Of a stretch of DNA of 42,119 nucleotides, positions 17,704 through 27,202 are shown one piece after another. The position numbers and the translations under genes were made by a program. A model generated the notes under the pieces. That model did no database searches, was not told where the DNA came from, and saw only the letters and a program-made list of their open reading frames with translations. Numbering within the stretch: the first letter of the stretch is position 1; the number at the start of each line of letters is the position of its first letter. Origin of the DNA: a virus (taxonomy: Duplodnaviria > Caudoviricetes); IMG/VR virus record IMGVR_UViG_3300025018_000046, positions 1-42,119 of that record; one strand, written 5' to 3'.

Positions 17704-18135
17704 TTACAGCCCCCCGGCCTTATCGTCCGCGGCCTTCGCTTCAAGAACTTCAAGCCGCGCTGCAATGGCCTTGTGGACGCCCTTGCGGTCATCGGCGTGA
17801 AGCCAAACCCCCAACTGTTCAACATCCCCGCACGCCTCAACAAGTGAGACGGCGGCGTCAAGCTTGGCGCCCTTGAGCGTGAGCTTGGCGTCAACGGGGA
17901 TGAGGGGCTCACCCTCTTCAACCAAGTCAAGAATGCCGGTCTCTTTGTCAAAGAGCGCGGCGACCCCTTCGTGCTTGTCCCCATCCTTCCCAACAAGCGC
18001 CTCAAAATATTCGGCGCTCACGAGGTTGACGCCGGGCGCCAACTTCTTCATCGGCCAAGCGCCACACTCTTTGCTGGCCTTCACGGCCGGGAGTGTGACT
18101 AGGCTTGCTCGCTTGTTTAGAATCTTCACGGTCAT
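17704..18135 (-). CDS. hypothetical head-associated protein
   Basis: Immediately after MCP; LAPGVN N-terminal motif and C-terminal DDRKGVHKAIAARL helix. Confidence 0.7.
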   Translation of the reverse strand: MTVKILNKRASLVTLPAVKASKECGAWPMKKLAPGVNLVSAEYFEALVGKDGDKHEGVAALFDKETGILDLVEEGEPLIPVDAKLTLKGAKLDAAVSLVEACGDVEQLGVWLHADDRKGVHKAIAARLEVLEAKAADDKAGGL

Positions 18136-18213
18136 TGGTCGAAACCCCTTCTTCTCTCTGTTCTTGTTGCGTCGGTTTTGGCGGGACCGTCACCCCGCCG
18201 GTGGTGCCGGCGG

Positions 18214-19158
18214 TTAGATTCCGTCGGTGTAGGCCATCGCAAGCGGGTAGTGCATTTCAACACCACCCACGCGCGCGTGACACGGCACCACGAAGGTGAG
18301 GTTGCGCGCTTGCGGGGGGAACTGTTCAAACTCTTGCGGAATGTTGAACTGCACAACGATTGGGTCTCGGAAGTAGGTCACCGCTCGGGTGACGCTGCCC
18401 GCGCCCGCCGTGGACAACTTGGTCCACTGGTCAATGCTCGAGATGTATGGGTTGTTTGCGAGAAATGACCGAAGGATTGTGGTTTGGTTGTCAGTCGCGA
18501 TTGGCGTCTGAGCAATGTGGTTGAACGCAACCGGGTCCAAAAGGATGGTGTCGGCCGAGAAGACTTCAAGCGTTGCCAAGTTGACCGCTTGGGCCATGGC
18601 GTTGAGGTTCTCGATGATTTCGGCGGGGGTCAGGGTTGTCCACGCGCCCGCGTTCGGCACCACCGTGATGGGAACGTTGGGGTTGTTGAGAAGCCCCGTG
18701 AGCCCCGTGATGGTGGGCTCACCGAAAGCGCCCATGTCATCAATCTTGCGCTCAATGCCCATGCGGCAGGCTCGAGCCTTGCGCATGTCCAGTTGAGAGC
18801 CGGCCATTGCCGCCGAGCGAAGGTCTTGAATCGACCACTGATAGCCCAAGCCAATGGACTTCACCGGCACCAAGAACTCGGTTGCGGCAACGTCAACAAG
18901 CGGGATGTCATCCGCATAGTTGGAGATGAGTTGTGCCATGGCAAACTCAGTCCACTGGCGATAGACCGTTGAGACGGCGCCCGGGTCGGCCGAGTTGTCA
19001 ACCGGGATGAAGTTGCGGGCCTTCATGGGGCCGAACTTCACATCATAGGTTTGAGATTTGACGTGCTCAAGCTGGCGCTCAAGGTGGGCCGTCTCGTTTG
19101 CGTCGAGATGCACGTTTGCCTGAAAGAGAACCATCCCGAGAAGTTGACGCATGTTCAT
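18214..19158 (-). CDS. major capsid protein (DUF2184 / encapsulin-like HK97 fold)
   Basis: LERQLEHV, YADDIPLVD, GYQWSIQDL, GLLNNPN, GGVEMHYPLAMAYTDGI; likely start MNMRQ at 19158. Confidence 0.92.
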   Translation of the reverse strand: MNMRQLLGMVLFQANVHLDANETAHLERQLEHVKSQTYDVKFGPMKARNFIPVDNSADPGAVSTVYRQWTEFAMAQLISNYADDIPLVDVAATEFLVPVKSIGLGYQWSIQDLRSAAMAGSQLDMRKARACRMGIERKIDDMGAFGEPTITGLTGLLNNPNVPITVVPNAGAWTTLTPAEIIENLNAMAQAVNLATLEVFSADTILLDPVAFNHIAQTPIATDNQTTILRSFLANNPYISSIDQWTKLSTAGAGSVTRAVTYFRDPIVVQFNIPQEFEQFPPQARNLTFVVPCHARVGGVEMHYPLAMAYTDGI

Positions 19159-19208
19159 TTGGTGAAGCCTTTGAAGAAGTTTTGATTGGGGGGTGAGGGT
19201 GTTGAGGC

Positions 19209-19718
19209 TTACGCCTTGGTCACGCGAAGGATGGTGAGTTGGTTGATGGCCGTGGTGGTGCGCATGAAGCGAGCACCCGGCAAGGCAACCGCGCTTGCGG
19301 TGTCCGCGTCGGTGCGAAACGCTCCAAGCACGTTGTTGGGCGCCGCGGCGGCCGTGTGTCGCACGAAGGCGGGCGTGCCGATGGCCGGCACGATGTCTTC
19401 GGATACAACCCAAATATCCCCCTCGGCAAGCGCCTCAAAGCTCGCGTCAACCGCGTGCCCAACGTTGCCGCTTCGCAAGCCTTCGCTCGCGGTGTCGGCT
19501 CGAGCAACGCCGAGCCCGAGACCGTCGGTGATGTCCGCGGCGGCCGTCGGCAAGCGCGCGGTGTAGGGCGCTTCAAGCGACTCTTCGGCAACCACGTAGT
19601 GCCCGAAAGGCACAACCTCGGTTGCAATGCAAGACCGGCGGTCTTTGGCAATCTGAGTTGTTGCTTCCATTCCTTCAATGGCCGCGTCGGGATTCTGCGA
19701 ATGAGTGAGTTGAGACAT
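19209..19718 (-). CDS. capsid cement / decoration protein
   Basis: MSQLTHS...AIEGM, VPFG, EGDIWV, GAFR; directly upstream of MCP. Confidence 0.8.
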   Translation of the reverse strand: MSQLTHSQNPDAAIEGMEATTQIAKDRRSCIATEVVPFGHYVVAEESLEAPYTARLPTAAADITDGLGLGVARADTASEGLRSGNVGHAVDASFEALAEGDIWVVSEDIVPAIGTPAFVRHTAAAAPNNVLGAFRTDADTASAVALPGARFMRTTTAINQLTILRVTKA

Positions 19719-19755
19719 GGGTTTCTTTCTTTTCGTTTTGTCTTCGCCGATTGGC

Positions 19756-20211
19756 TCAAGAGGTTGGCAAGTTTTCAAATACTCTGAAAGTGCGGATTTG
19801 GCTAGCCCACGCGCCGGGCGGCAGGCTCACCAAGCCTTGGACGCGCCAAAGGCCCGGGACATCTAGAAAGCCCGAGGGGGTTAGATACTCAATCAAACCG
19901 TCGGTGCCGTCCCCCGTTTGACCGTCCAACGCGGGGGAGATGGTTGCGAAGGTGGCGGTGACAACCGCCGGCGGGTTGCTCGTGCCGGCGGGATAGTCGG
20001 GGCGACTGAAGACCATTTGAAGCCCCCCACCAATAGCGCTCACATCAAGCACCGGCGGGCGCCGCATCACGCGCGGGTCAAAGACGTTGGGAGACAAGTC
20101 AAAGAGCTTGAGAATGAAAGCCGTGTTGGTGTCCCCCACGCGAATCTCGCGCCGCAACACATCGGGCTTGCCTTGCTCAAGTGGGTCTTCAAACTGTAGG
20201 TCAAAGGTCAA
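19756..20211 (-). CDS. BppU-N/Ig-like beta-sandwich protein
   Basis: VGDTNT...GLIEYL...LDVPGLWRVQG...F.V.ENL pattern; TTG start. Confidence 0.6.
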   Translation of the reverse strand: MTFDLQFEDPLEQGKPDVLRREIRVGDTNTAFILKLFDLSPNVFDPRVMRRPPVLDVSAIGGGLQMVFSRPDYPAGTSNPPAVVTATFATISPALDGQTGDGTDGLIEYLTPSGFLDVPGLWRVQGLVSLPPGAWASQIRTFRVFENLPTS

Positions 20212-20477
20212 GAGTCCACCTCTTCAAAATCCGAACGCGTGGCGCCCGACTCAAAACCCCCCACCAACGCAAGCGTAGCTTGACCGGCTTGAGATTGCAC
20301 CACCCCCGCGCCGTTTGTGTTTGAGGCTGAAATGGCAGTCTCTTGGTGTGAGCTCCGATGAACCCCCACCGAAAAAGCCGCGACCAAGGGCGGCGTCGGC
20401 AAGACCGTGAGAGCGCTCAACGGGTTGAGCCCGTGAGAGACTTGGGCCCCCGAGTTGAGCCCGTGGCTCACCCCCAT
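20208..20477 (-). CDS. hypothetical protein
   Basis: Coupled ORF with a duplicated VSHGLN motif. Confidence 0.55.
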   Translation of the reverse strand: MGVSHGLNSGAQVSHGLNPLSALTVLPTPPLVAAFSVGVHRSSHQETAISASNTNGAGVVQSQAGQATLALVGGFESGATRSDFEEVDS

Positions 20478-20950
20478 CACGCGGGCGCGCCTCTCTTCGT
20501 TTGCATCCCGAGTTGAGCTTGCACCACTTCACCGCCTTCGGTCCGAAGGTTCCAACGGTGCGCTTCGGTGGTGCCGTCTCTTTCATACAAGACCAGTTGC
20601 CGAGGCGTGGTTGTGAAGTCCACCTCAAGCCGGTTCTTCAAATGGTCCAACACTTCGGCAAGCTCGGCCGCTCGCGTGGCGGTGAAGCCTTGCACCACTT
20701 CGGCCGAGCCATCCCATTCAATGAGCCCCACTCCGAGCAAGTCACCGGCGGCCGTGTCTTCAACCCGCACGGTGTATGTGCCCGCGGCGATGATTGGGAA
20801 GTCGCCTAAGAAGAGCGCGGTGATGCTCCCGCTTTCGGTGAGCGTGATGAGCGCTCCCACTTGCACGCCATCGGCATCAAGCACGCGCGCTTGAATGTCG
20901 GTTGAGCCGGTGCGTGTTGCTTGAAGGTGCGCTTTGATTTCGTTGGCCAT
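20477..20950 (-). CDS. hypothetical structural protein (beta-rich N-terminus)
   Basis: MANEIKAHL...AGTYTVRV...IEWDG. Confidence 0.7.
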   Translation of the reverse strand: MANEIKAHLQATRTGSTDIQARVLDADGVQVGALITLTESGSITALFLGDFPIIAAGTYTVRVEDTAAGDLLGVGLIEWDGSAEVVQGFTATRAAELAEVLDHLKNRLEVDFTTTPRQLVLYERDGTTEAHRWNLRTEGGEVVQAQLGMQTKRGAPA

Positions 20951-20957
20951 GGGTGCC

Positions 20958-21713
20958 TCAATAGTCTCGGGGGAGCGCGACCGTGGAAGGTGCGCCGACT
21001 CTCGTGAAGTCCACCGCGCCAGCTAGGTCTGAAAGAGTGGTCGGCGCGGTTGCCTCATCTTCAAACGAATAGAGGTTATCCCACGCCGCGCCGCCATCAA
21101 CGAAGGCGTCGGCATACTTGCTTGCGATGTAGTGCTCAATGACTTGGGCTTCGGTGAGCGCGCTCTCAACGTAGCCACAGCCGTAGATGCTAGAAGACAC
21201 CGCGGCCAAAGGTGCACCGGCGTTATCGCACCTCCCGATGAAGGGGACGTTGCTCGGGTCCGAGACCCCATACCCCGCGGCAGGTGTGAGCGTGCGGGCA
21301 ATCTCCCCATTGACGTAAAGCGTGGCCACGCCGGTGCCCCCGTTGAAGACCATGGTGAGCATCCACGGCCGGCCGAAAAGCTTGTAGCGCATATCAGTGA
21401 AAAAATCGGCATCGGTGAAGTTGCTCACTTCAGAACCATCGGCCTGGGAGATGGCAAAGCGGAATCGGTCACCGGCCTTGCCGAGAGACCAACCACCGTT
21501 GCCCGCGAACTTCGCAAGGTTTGAGAACCACACCTCTTCGGCAACCCCAATGTCATGAGTCTCGGCCATGGCCGCGACCGAGAAGCCCGCCGCGTTGCCT
21601 GCTAGGGCCGCCGCCGGGCCGATGTAGTGGTTGGCGGCAGTCGGCCGGGCCAAGGCATAGCTCGGCGTCGATGCGGCGCCCGTTGCGGCTTGTGGTGGCT
21701 CAAAGATGTTCAC
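20958..21713 (-). CDS. LamG / concanavalin A-like jelly-roll protein (candidate head fibre/adhesin)
   Basis: FSVAAM, GWSLG, WMLTMVFNG, TLYVNG, IGR, YVESALTEAQVIEHY are LamG-like motifs. Confidence 0.75.
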   Translation of the reverse strand: MNIFEPPQAATGAASTPSYALARPTAANHYIGPAAALAGNAAGFSVAAMAETHDIGVAEEVWFSNLAKFAGNGGWSLGKAGDRFRFAISQADGSEVSNFTDADFFTDMRYKLFGRPWMLTMVFNGGTGVATLYVNGEIARTLTPAAGYGVSDPSNVPFIGRCDNAGAPLAAVSSSIYGCGYVESALTEAQVIEHYIASKYADAFVDGGAAWDNLYSFEDEATAPTTLSDLAGAVDFTRVGAPSTVALPRDY

Positions 21714-21735
21714 GCGGGTGGGTCCTTTTCATCTC

Positions 21736-21769
21736 AAAGAAAACCGCCGCGCCGGTAAGGGCGCGGCGG
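21736..21769 (-). terminator. intrinsic terminator after the protease/scaffold gene
   Basis: Stem ccgccgcgcc/ggcgcggcgg, followed on the minus strand by ttttcttt. Confidence 0.7.
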
Positions 21770-21787
21770 GTGTCTCTTTCGGCCGGC

Positions 21788-22375
21788 CTAGTTCTTTGAA
21801 GAGGCGGCAAGCGGCGCTTTCCACGCCTCTTGATTTCGCTTCTTCATGCGCTCTCGAGCGGCGGCGGAATCGTACCGGTCAACTTCTTCTTCGGTCTTGC
21901 CGCCGTCGTTGCCCACAAGGGCGTTTGCAACCTCGGTCTTCTTGCCGTCGTTGCGCGCGGTGGTGACCTTCGCCGTATCAATGAGGTCAAAGCGAGCGTT
22001 GATGTAGTCATTGCTCTTGCCTTCGGCGTCAAAGGCCGCGTCAGTGTGAACGATGGCGAGCACCTTCACTTCTCGGGCGCTCTTGCCATCAAGCTTGACC
22101 TCACCGCCGAGCACGGCCGAAGCCTTGCTCTCAAGTGCGGCACGCTCGGCCACAAGAGCCGCGATGAACTCGGGCGCGGTTGCGGCGTCAAGCTTGGCTT
22201 GAAGCTCGCTTGCGCTCTTCGTGGCCACGTCGGCCGCGGCCGTGGCCGAGTCGGCCTTTGCCTGAAGAGCGGTGATGTTGGCATCACGGGTTGAGATTGC
22301 TTTCTCAACGTGGGGGCCAACGACGGCGGGCACCTCATAAGAGATGCCATCGATTCGGACGGTAACATTTTCCAT
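21788..22375 (-). CDS. nested in-frame scaffolding protein
   Basis: Internal AGGAG-N10-ATG (MENVTVRIDG) inside the protease ORF. Confidence 0.6.
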   Translation of the reverse strand: MENVTVRIDGISYEVPAVVGPHVEKAISTRDANITALQAKADSATAAADVATKSASELQAKLDAATAPEFIAALVAERAALESKASAVLGGEVKLDGKSAREVKVLAIVHTDAAFDAEGKSNDYINARFDLIDTAKVTTARNDGKKTEVANALVGNDGGKTEEEVDRYDSAAARERMKKRNQEAWKAPLAASSKN

Positions 22376-23206
22376 TTTTCGTACACTCCTAAGAGGTGTC
22401 TTTTTGCCGTCGCCCCTATTGGCGAGCGGCACAAAACCAAAGAGCCTTTCAACGGGCTCTTTGATGAACTTCGCAACGGGCTCAAGCGTTGCTTCGGTGA
22501 TGGGCGTGGTGGTGTACCCGCCCAAGAGAGCGTCAAGCTCAAACGCGTCAAGGTGAAGATGGTGCGCGAGAGCTTCACGAGAGTCTTGACGCCGAGCCAA
22601 GAGCACGTCAACGAACTCGCCCAAGCTCGGGCGCGCGTGCGGCACTTCGGCGGCGAAGCCTTCAAGCTCTTCTTGGCCGTCGATGTGCAACGCGACCTCG
22701 GGACCCGAGCGCGCCCACCCTGCCGGCCCAATGGCTAGGTGGTTGTATACGATGCCGCGTTGAATGCCGTCATAGCGTTCACCGTTGTGAACGCCTTGCT
22801 TCAACTCAACCCGGCAGGTGTACCCCGGCGAAAGCTCGCGGCGCTCTCGGCGTTCAACGGCGGCGATGAGCGCGGCGTCTTGGACGGTCAACGTGGCCGT
22901 CACAAAGATGCCGTCTTGCTTCGCCTTGGACCCGACGAAACCCTTTTGAAGGCTCGTGACGTTGGACGGCGAAACCAAAGAGCGCGGGTGAAGGTCGGTG
23001 ACGGGCGCGCCGCGCATCGACTCAAGAGACGCCGGGTCAAAGACTTCTTCGGCAAGCCGAAGCTCTCGAAACTCGGAACCATCCGCGCGGCGGTAGATGA
23101 GAACGCCCGTGCGCGTGGTGTTGCCTGAAATCTTCAAGAACCCTTGGGGGGTCCGAGTTGGCTTGGCTCGAAAGCCGCCGAAATCGAAACGTTGCTCAAG
23201 CTTCAT
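21788..23206 (-). CDS. prohead protease/scaffold (DUF2213-like) with internal XRE-like HTH
   Basis: TPQGFL, RTGVLIY, PVTDLHP, ELSPGY, YNHLAI..G.ARSG; C-terminal coiled-coil scaffold. Confidence 0.88.
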   Translation of the reverse strand: MKLEQRFDFGGFRAKPTRTPQGFLKISGNTTRTGVLIYRRADGSEFRELRLAEEVFDPASLESMRGAPVTDLHPRSLVSPSNVTSLQKGFVGSKAKQDGIFVTATLTVQDAALIAAVERRERRELSPGYTCRVELKQGVHNGERYDGIQRGIVYNHLAIGPAGWARSGPEVALHIDGQEELEGFAAEVPHARPSLGEFVDVLLARRQDSREALAHHLHLDAFELDALLGGYTTTPITEATLEPVAKFIKEPVERLFGFVPLANRGDGKKTPLRSVRKMENVTVRIDGISYEVPAVVGPHVEKAISTRDANITALQAKADSATAAADVATKSASELQAKLDAATAPEFIAALVAERAALESKASAVLGGEVKLDGKSAREVKVLAIVHTDAAFDAEGKSNDYINARFDLIDTAKVTTARNDGKKTEVANALVGNDGGKTEEEVDRYDSAAARERMKKRNQEAWKAPLAASSKN

Positions 23207-23266
23207 TGAAGACCCTCAAGCCCCATCTTTAGCCCGGCCGGGCCCCCGAGGTCAAACGCTGGCGCT

Positions 23267-24121
23267 TTACGGCGCCAAAAGGTCATCAAGAACGGGCTCG
23301 GCGCCGCACCGGCAGTTGATAGGCTCCCCCGGGTGCCCGTCTTCGGGCGGGTTATCCCACTCAAAGATTTGACCCTCTCGGGCGGCGTGCTCATCTCGGG
23401 TCTTGCCGTCAAGGGTGGCGCGCCAGCGGTAACGGGTGATGCCCAAAGCTTGGTGCCGAAGTTGTGTGAGTTCTCCGTTGAGCTTTGACACTTGGTCGCG
23501 GGCAATGAGTTGAGCGCGGCGCCGACTCACCCCGAAGCGCTCTTGAATCTCAACGGCCATCTCGGATGAGCGGCGGCCGCGGCGCACGCCTCGGGAGGTG
23601 ATGCCGGCGATATCCTCAACCAACGCCTCGGGCAAGTTGGTGATGAGCCGGACGTTTTCACGCACGGCCGCATCAAGCAACGCACCAATGCCCGGGTCGG
23701 TGCCCAAGCTTATGCCCACCACGCTCAAGAGGTTCTCTTCAATGTCGGCGCGGTTTAAATCGTTCACATCGTTCGCAACCGCGACCGCCGCCGCTCGAGC
23801 GGTTGCCGGGGTGAAGCGTTTCGCGATGATGAGACGCACGTCACCAATCAACCTCTCAAGGTCATCGGCGGCCGCGTCGTGCCTCTCGGTCGGTCGCTCG
23901 AGCGCGTTGGTTGTTGCAACACGCTCAAGCCCCGGCAAGAAAACTTCTTTGATTATGTCTTCAACGCCCTTGATGATGCTCGTGAGCTCCGCCGTATATT
24001 TGACTTGTGCACGCCGCGGGCGGCGCGGCTTCTTCGGTTGCTTGCGCTTGCGCCGCTTCACGCCGCTTGCCGCAATGATGGCTTTGCGGAAGCGAAGCTC
24101 GGCCGCGGTTGTGTGCTTCAT
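23267..24121 (-). CDS. Mu gpF / SPP1 gp7-like minor head protein
   Basis: RAQLIARDQVSK, YRWRATLDGKTRDEH, HPGEPINCRC. Confidence 0.92.
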   Translation of the reverse strand: MKHTTAAELRFRKAIIAASGVKRRKRKQPKKPRRPRRAQVKYTAELTSIIKGVEDIIKEVFLPGLERVATTNALERPTERHDAAADDLERLIGDVRLIIAKRFTPATARAAAVAVANDVNDLNRADIEENLLSVVGISLGTDPGIGALLDAAVRENVRLITNLPEALVEDIAGITSRGVRRGRRSSEMAVEIQERFGVSRRRAQLIARDQVSKLNGELTQLRHQALGITRYRWRATLDGKTRDEHAAREGQIFEWDNPPEDGHPGEPINCRCGAEPVLDDLLAP

Positions 24122-25680
24122 GTCTGTTCTTCTTCAGGGTCGGCCGGGTCTTCGTTGGTTGGCTCGGCGCCCGGTGGCGCGGGAGGTGGCGCCGGCGCGC
24201 CCGGTACCGGCGGCATGGGCGGGCCGCCCGGCATGCCCGGGGGGATGGGTGGGTTTTCAACCTTCTCAAGCTCTCGCTCGCTCTCAAGCTCAAGAATCTT
24301 CTTTCTCAACTCAAGGTCGACCGAGGTTTCCATCGAGAAGCCGTTTGCTCTGAAGCGAGAGAGCGTCACCTCTTCGGGCAAGACAACACCGTCAGTTATA
24401 TAAATGTGGTCGGTCTCGGCAACCTTCTTGCGAAGGTCGGCGGTTTCCCCCTCGGTCATTTGCCGAAGCGGGTTGAACTCGATGGCCCAAGAGTTGGGCT
24501 CGAGCCCGCCGGTGGGGCCGTCCTTTGAGCGCATCACCACTTGCACCAAGCGCGTGAGCGCGGGCAAGAGCACGCGGGTTTGTTGGGAGGCAATGGTGTT
24601 CTCCCACGCCTTGAAGTCACTCTCCCCCGTGGCGTTCATTCCCGCGGGGCTTTGGCCCATGAGAATGGTGACCGGCATGTCGGCCGCGGCCGCAAGCCGA
24701 ATCATGAAGGATTGAAGCACGCTATTGGTGCCGGTGAAGTTTGTCTCTTGGCGCTCAAAGCTCTCTTTGTCCGCGTCAAGAACCATCATGCGCGCAACGC
24801 TTCGGCCCATGTCAACGGTGGTGAGCCGCTCTTGCACGAGAGCCTTGCCCCCCGCCGCGAGCATGTTCATGAGCCCATCCATTTTGAGCACGCCTTGTGC
24901 CGAGTCGGTGAGAAGGTGCGCGGTAGAATCCCAACCCACATTGAAGTTGCGAAGCACCGTGTTGACGCGCTGCAAGACACTATTTGACCAACCGTCGTTT
25001 TCGGCCTTGCGGCGCTTGGTGGTGCGCACGCCTTCAAACGTGATGAGGCGGGACCAATGGACACGAAGAAGAGGTTGAGCCGCTTGCACCGAAGCAGAGC
25101 CCGAGCGCGTCACTTGGTAGATGGTGGGCAGCCCAAAGCGGGGGCTCGACAAATCAACCTCAAACTCAATGGGGTAGATGTCTCGTTTGTCGATGACCAA
25201 GAGCCCCGTGATGGCTTTGAGGTTCTCGAGGTCAAGCTCATCATCGGGCGCGCCCGGGTCATCGGTGAGCATGTAGCACGCACCGCCGCCGAAGAGTCGG
25301 CCCCACACCCAAGCCTCATTGAGCTTCTCTTCGGCGCCGATGTCTTCAAGAAGCATCTTCAACGCGTCGGCCGTATCGTTCACTTCTTCAACGGCCGATG
25401 CGTCGGTTTCATCATCGGGCTTGATGTTGATTTTGAAACCCTCCCGCATTGCTTCATCGGGCAACTTCTCAACGATGCGCGCGGCCATATCGTCGCCATC
25501 AAACAACCCCTCAAGGGTGTCATCATCGAGGTTGGCCCCCTTCAAGAAGAAGGTGTTGGCCAACTTGTCTCGGGTGAGGGTGCCGAGCCCCGTCATGAAG
25601 TTTTGCCAACCGTCCATTTTGACATCAGCCAAAGTCACCACGCCCTTTGAGACATCCCGAAGCTTTTCAATCACACCCAT
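24118..25680 (-). CDS. portal protein (DUF1073-like)
   Basis: DGWQNFMTGLG, RLFGG, VHWSRL, AADMPVTILMGQSPAGMNATGESD, FNPLRQM. Confidence 0.92.
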   Translation of the reverse strand: MGVIEKLRDVSKGVVTLADVKMDGWQNFMTGLGTLTRDKLANTFFLKGANLDDDTLEGLFDGDDMAARIVEKLPDEAMREGFKINIKPDDETDASAVEEVNDTADALKMLLEDIGAEEKLNEAWVWGRLFGGGACYMLTDDPGAPDDELDLENLKAITGLLVIDKRDIYPIEFEVDLSSPRFGLPTIYQVTRSGSASVQAAQPLLRVHWSRLITFEGVRTTKRRKAENDGWSNSVLQRVNTVLRNFNVGWDSTAHLLTDSAQGVLKMDGLMNMLAAGGKALVQERLTTVDMGRSVARMMVLDADKESFERQETNFTGTNSVLQSFMIRLAAAADMPVTILMGQSPAGMNATGESDFKAWENTIASQQTRVLLPALTRLVQVVMRSKDGPTGGLEPNSWAIEFNPLRQMTEGETADLRKKVAETDHIYITDGVVLPEEVTLSRFRANGFSMETSVDLELRKKILELESERELEKVENPPIPPGMPGGPPMPPVPGAPAPPPAPPGAEPTNEDPADPEEEQT

Positions 25681-25682
25681 CT

Positions 25683-27200
25683 TCAACTCGCTTTCATTGT
25701 CGCAAGAGCGCGGCGCAACTCTTCAAGACGGTTGCCCTTGGCAAAATCGAGAAGCCCTTGGGTCATTGCGTCCACCTGGTCATCATTGACGCCGGCAGGG
25801 AACGAGGTCAACTCTTCTTCAAAACCCTCAACCCATGGGTGGGTTTTCGGGTCGGGATGCCATACGCACCCCGCTTCATAGACCGGCTCGATTGCATTAG
25901 CTCGTGAGTCTTTGCCGCCTTGAGGGTTCACCGGCTTGAGCCCCACCACCTTACCCTCAAGCACGTTGCACACCGCGGGGCCGTTGGCCTTGTCTTCAAT
26001 GAGCTTCACCCACGCGGTTGGGAACTCGGCCGAGACCTTCACGATTGCGGCGCACGTTTCGGTGAAGGTCATTCTCCCGCGAACTTGGTGAAGAAGAAAC
26101 GCGTTCTTGCCCGCGATACCCCACACCTGCCCAACCACAAAGTCACTTGTTGCTTCACCCTTGAACGCGCAATCCCACGATTGGTGAAGAGCCATCCCTT
26201 TGGGCAACTCTTCAAACGGTGAGCCCGGCACGCCCCAATAGCGGAACCATTCTTTTTTGAAGATTGCGCCGCCGTCGGGCGTCGGTCGTTGTTGAAGTTG
26301 AGACGCGGCGGCGCGTGATTGCATTGCCTTCTCAAGCAACTTCACTTCGGCTTCGCCGAAGCGGTCGGGCCAAAGCAACTCACCCTCTTTGGTGCGCCGG
26401 TCGCCTCCTACAATCGTTTTGCTTGGAGAGCCCGACTCAAAGCGCATGGGCAAACGAAGGTGTTGATACTCTTCGCCTTGGTTCTCTTCGTGCCGAAGCA
26501 TTGCGCCCGAGAGGTCTAGTTGGTGAAGCCGTTGCATCACGATTACACGCGCGCACTTCTTGGGGTCGGCCATGCGCGTTGACATCGTGCCGCGCCACCA
26601 AGAGAGGCATTGCTCAAGCTTCACCTTGGTCGCACCGCTCCCGCCTTCGGTGTCTAGCGGCTTGATGGGGTCATCAACAACTTGGGCGTCAGCATGGCGG
26701 CCAGTGACCGAGCCCGAGACCGAGGTTGAGTAACGAAAGCCGCCCTTGTTTGAATCAAACTCTTTGACCGAGTGCGAAGCCGTGACGGGGATGAAGACCT
26801 CGGGCCAACGTGCGCGCCACCACGTGCTTTCAATCACGTTGCGCATCTTTCGCGCGTCACGAAGTGAGAGCCCCGATTCATAGCTGGCGAAAATCCACTT
26901 GAAGCCCGGCCGAAACGTCCACACCCAAAGCGGCCACATCACCGAAATGAGAAGGCTCTTCATGGCGCCCGGCGGCATGTTGATGATGAGCCGGAGCAAC
27001 TCCCCGCGCGTCACCGCTTCAAGGTGCTCGGCAATCTCTTCAACGTGCCAGTTGTTTTTGAATGCGGTGTCGGGCTCAAGTTGAGACCATACGATGGGTA
27101 CAAACTCTTTGAGCCCGCCTTGAGCAACAATCTCTCGGTCAAGCTCGGCTTCTTCAAGCTCAAGGTCGGTGAGTTCAAGTTCAAGCTCAAGGTTGCTCAT
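25683..27200 (-). CDS. terL: terminase large subunit
   Basis: LIINMPPGAMKS (Walker A), QVVDDP (Walker B), MQRLH, SWDCAFK, EDKANG, DDQVDAMTQ. Likely start MSNLELEL at 27200, but the ORF is open to 27464. Confidence 0.95.
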   Translation of the reverse strand: MSNLELELELTDLELEEAELDREIVAQGGLKEFVPIVWSQLEPDTAFKNNWHVEEIAEHLEAVTRGELLRLIINMPPGAMKSLLISVMWPLWVWTFRPGFKWIFASYESGLSLRDARKMRNVIESTWWRARWPEVFIPVTASHSVKEFDSNKGGFRYSTSVSGSVTGRHADAQVVDDPIKPLDTEGGSGATKVKLEQCLSWWRGTMSTRMADPKKCARVIVMQRLHQLDLSGAMLRHEENQGEEYQHLRLPMRFESGSPSKTIVGGDRRTKEGELLWPDRFGEAEVKLLEKAMQSRAAASQLQQRPTPDGGAIFKKEWFRYWGVPGSPFEELPKGMALHQSWDCAFKGEATSDFVVGQVWGIAGKNAFLLHQVRGRMTFTETCAAIVKVSAEFPTAWVKLIEDKANGPAVCNVLEGKVVGLKPVNPQGGKDSRANAIEPVYEAGCVWHPDPKTHPWVEGFEEELTSFPAGVNDDQVDAMTQGLLDFAKGNRLEELRRALATMKAS

Positions 27201-27202
27201 CC

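Noticed and set aside
24118-25680. DUF1073-like protein as anti-CBASS Acb1
   Set aside because: Size, motifs and position between terL and the Mu-F-like gene indicate portal; no HxT phosphodiesterase motifs seen.
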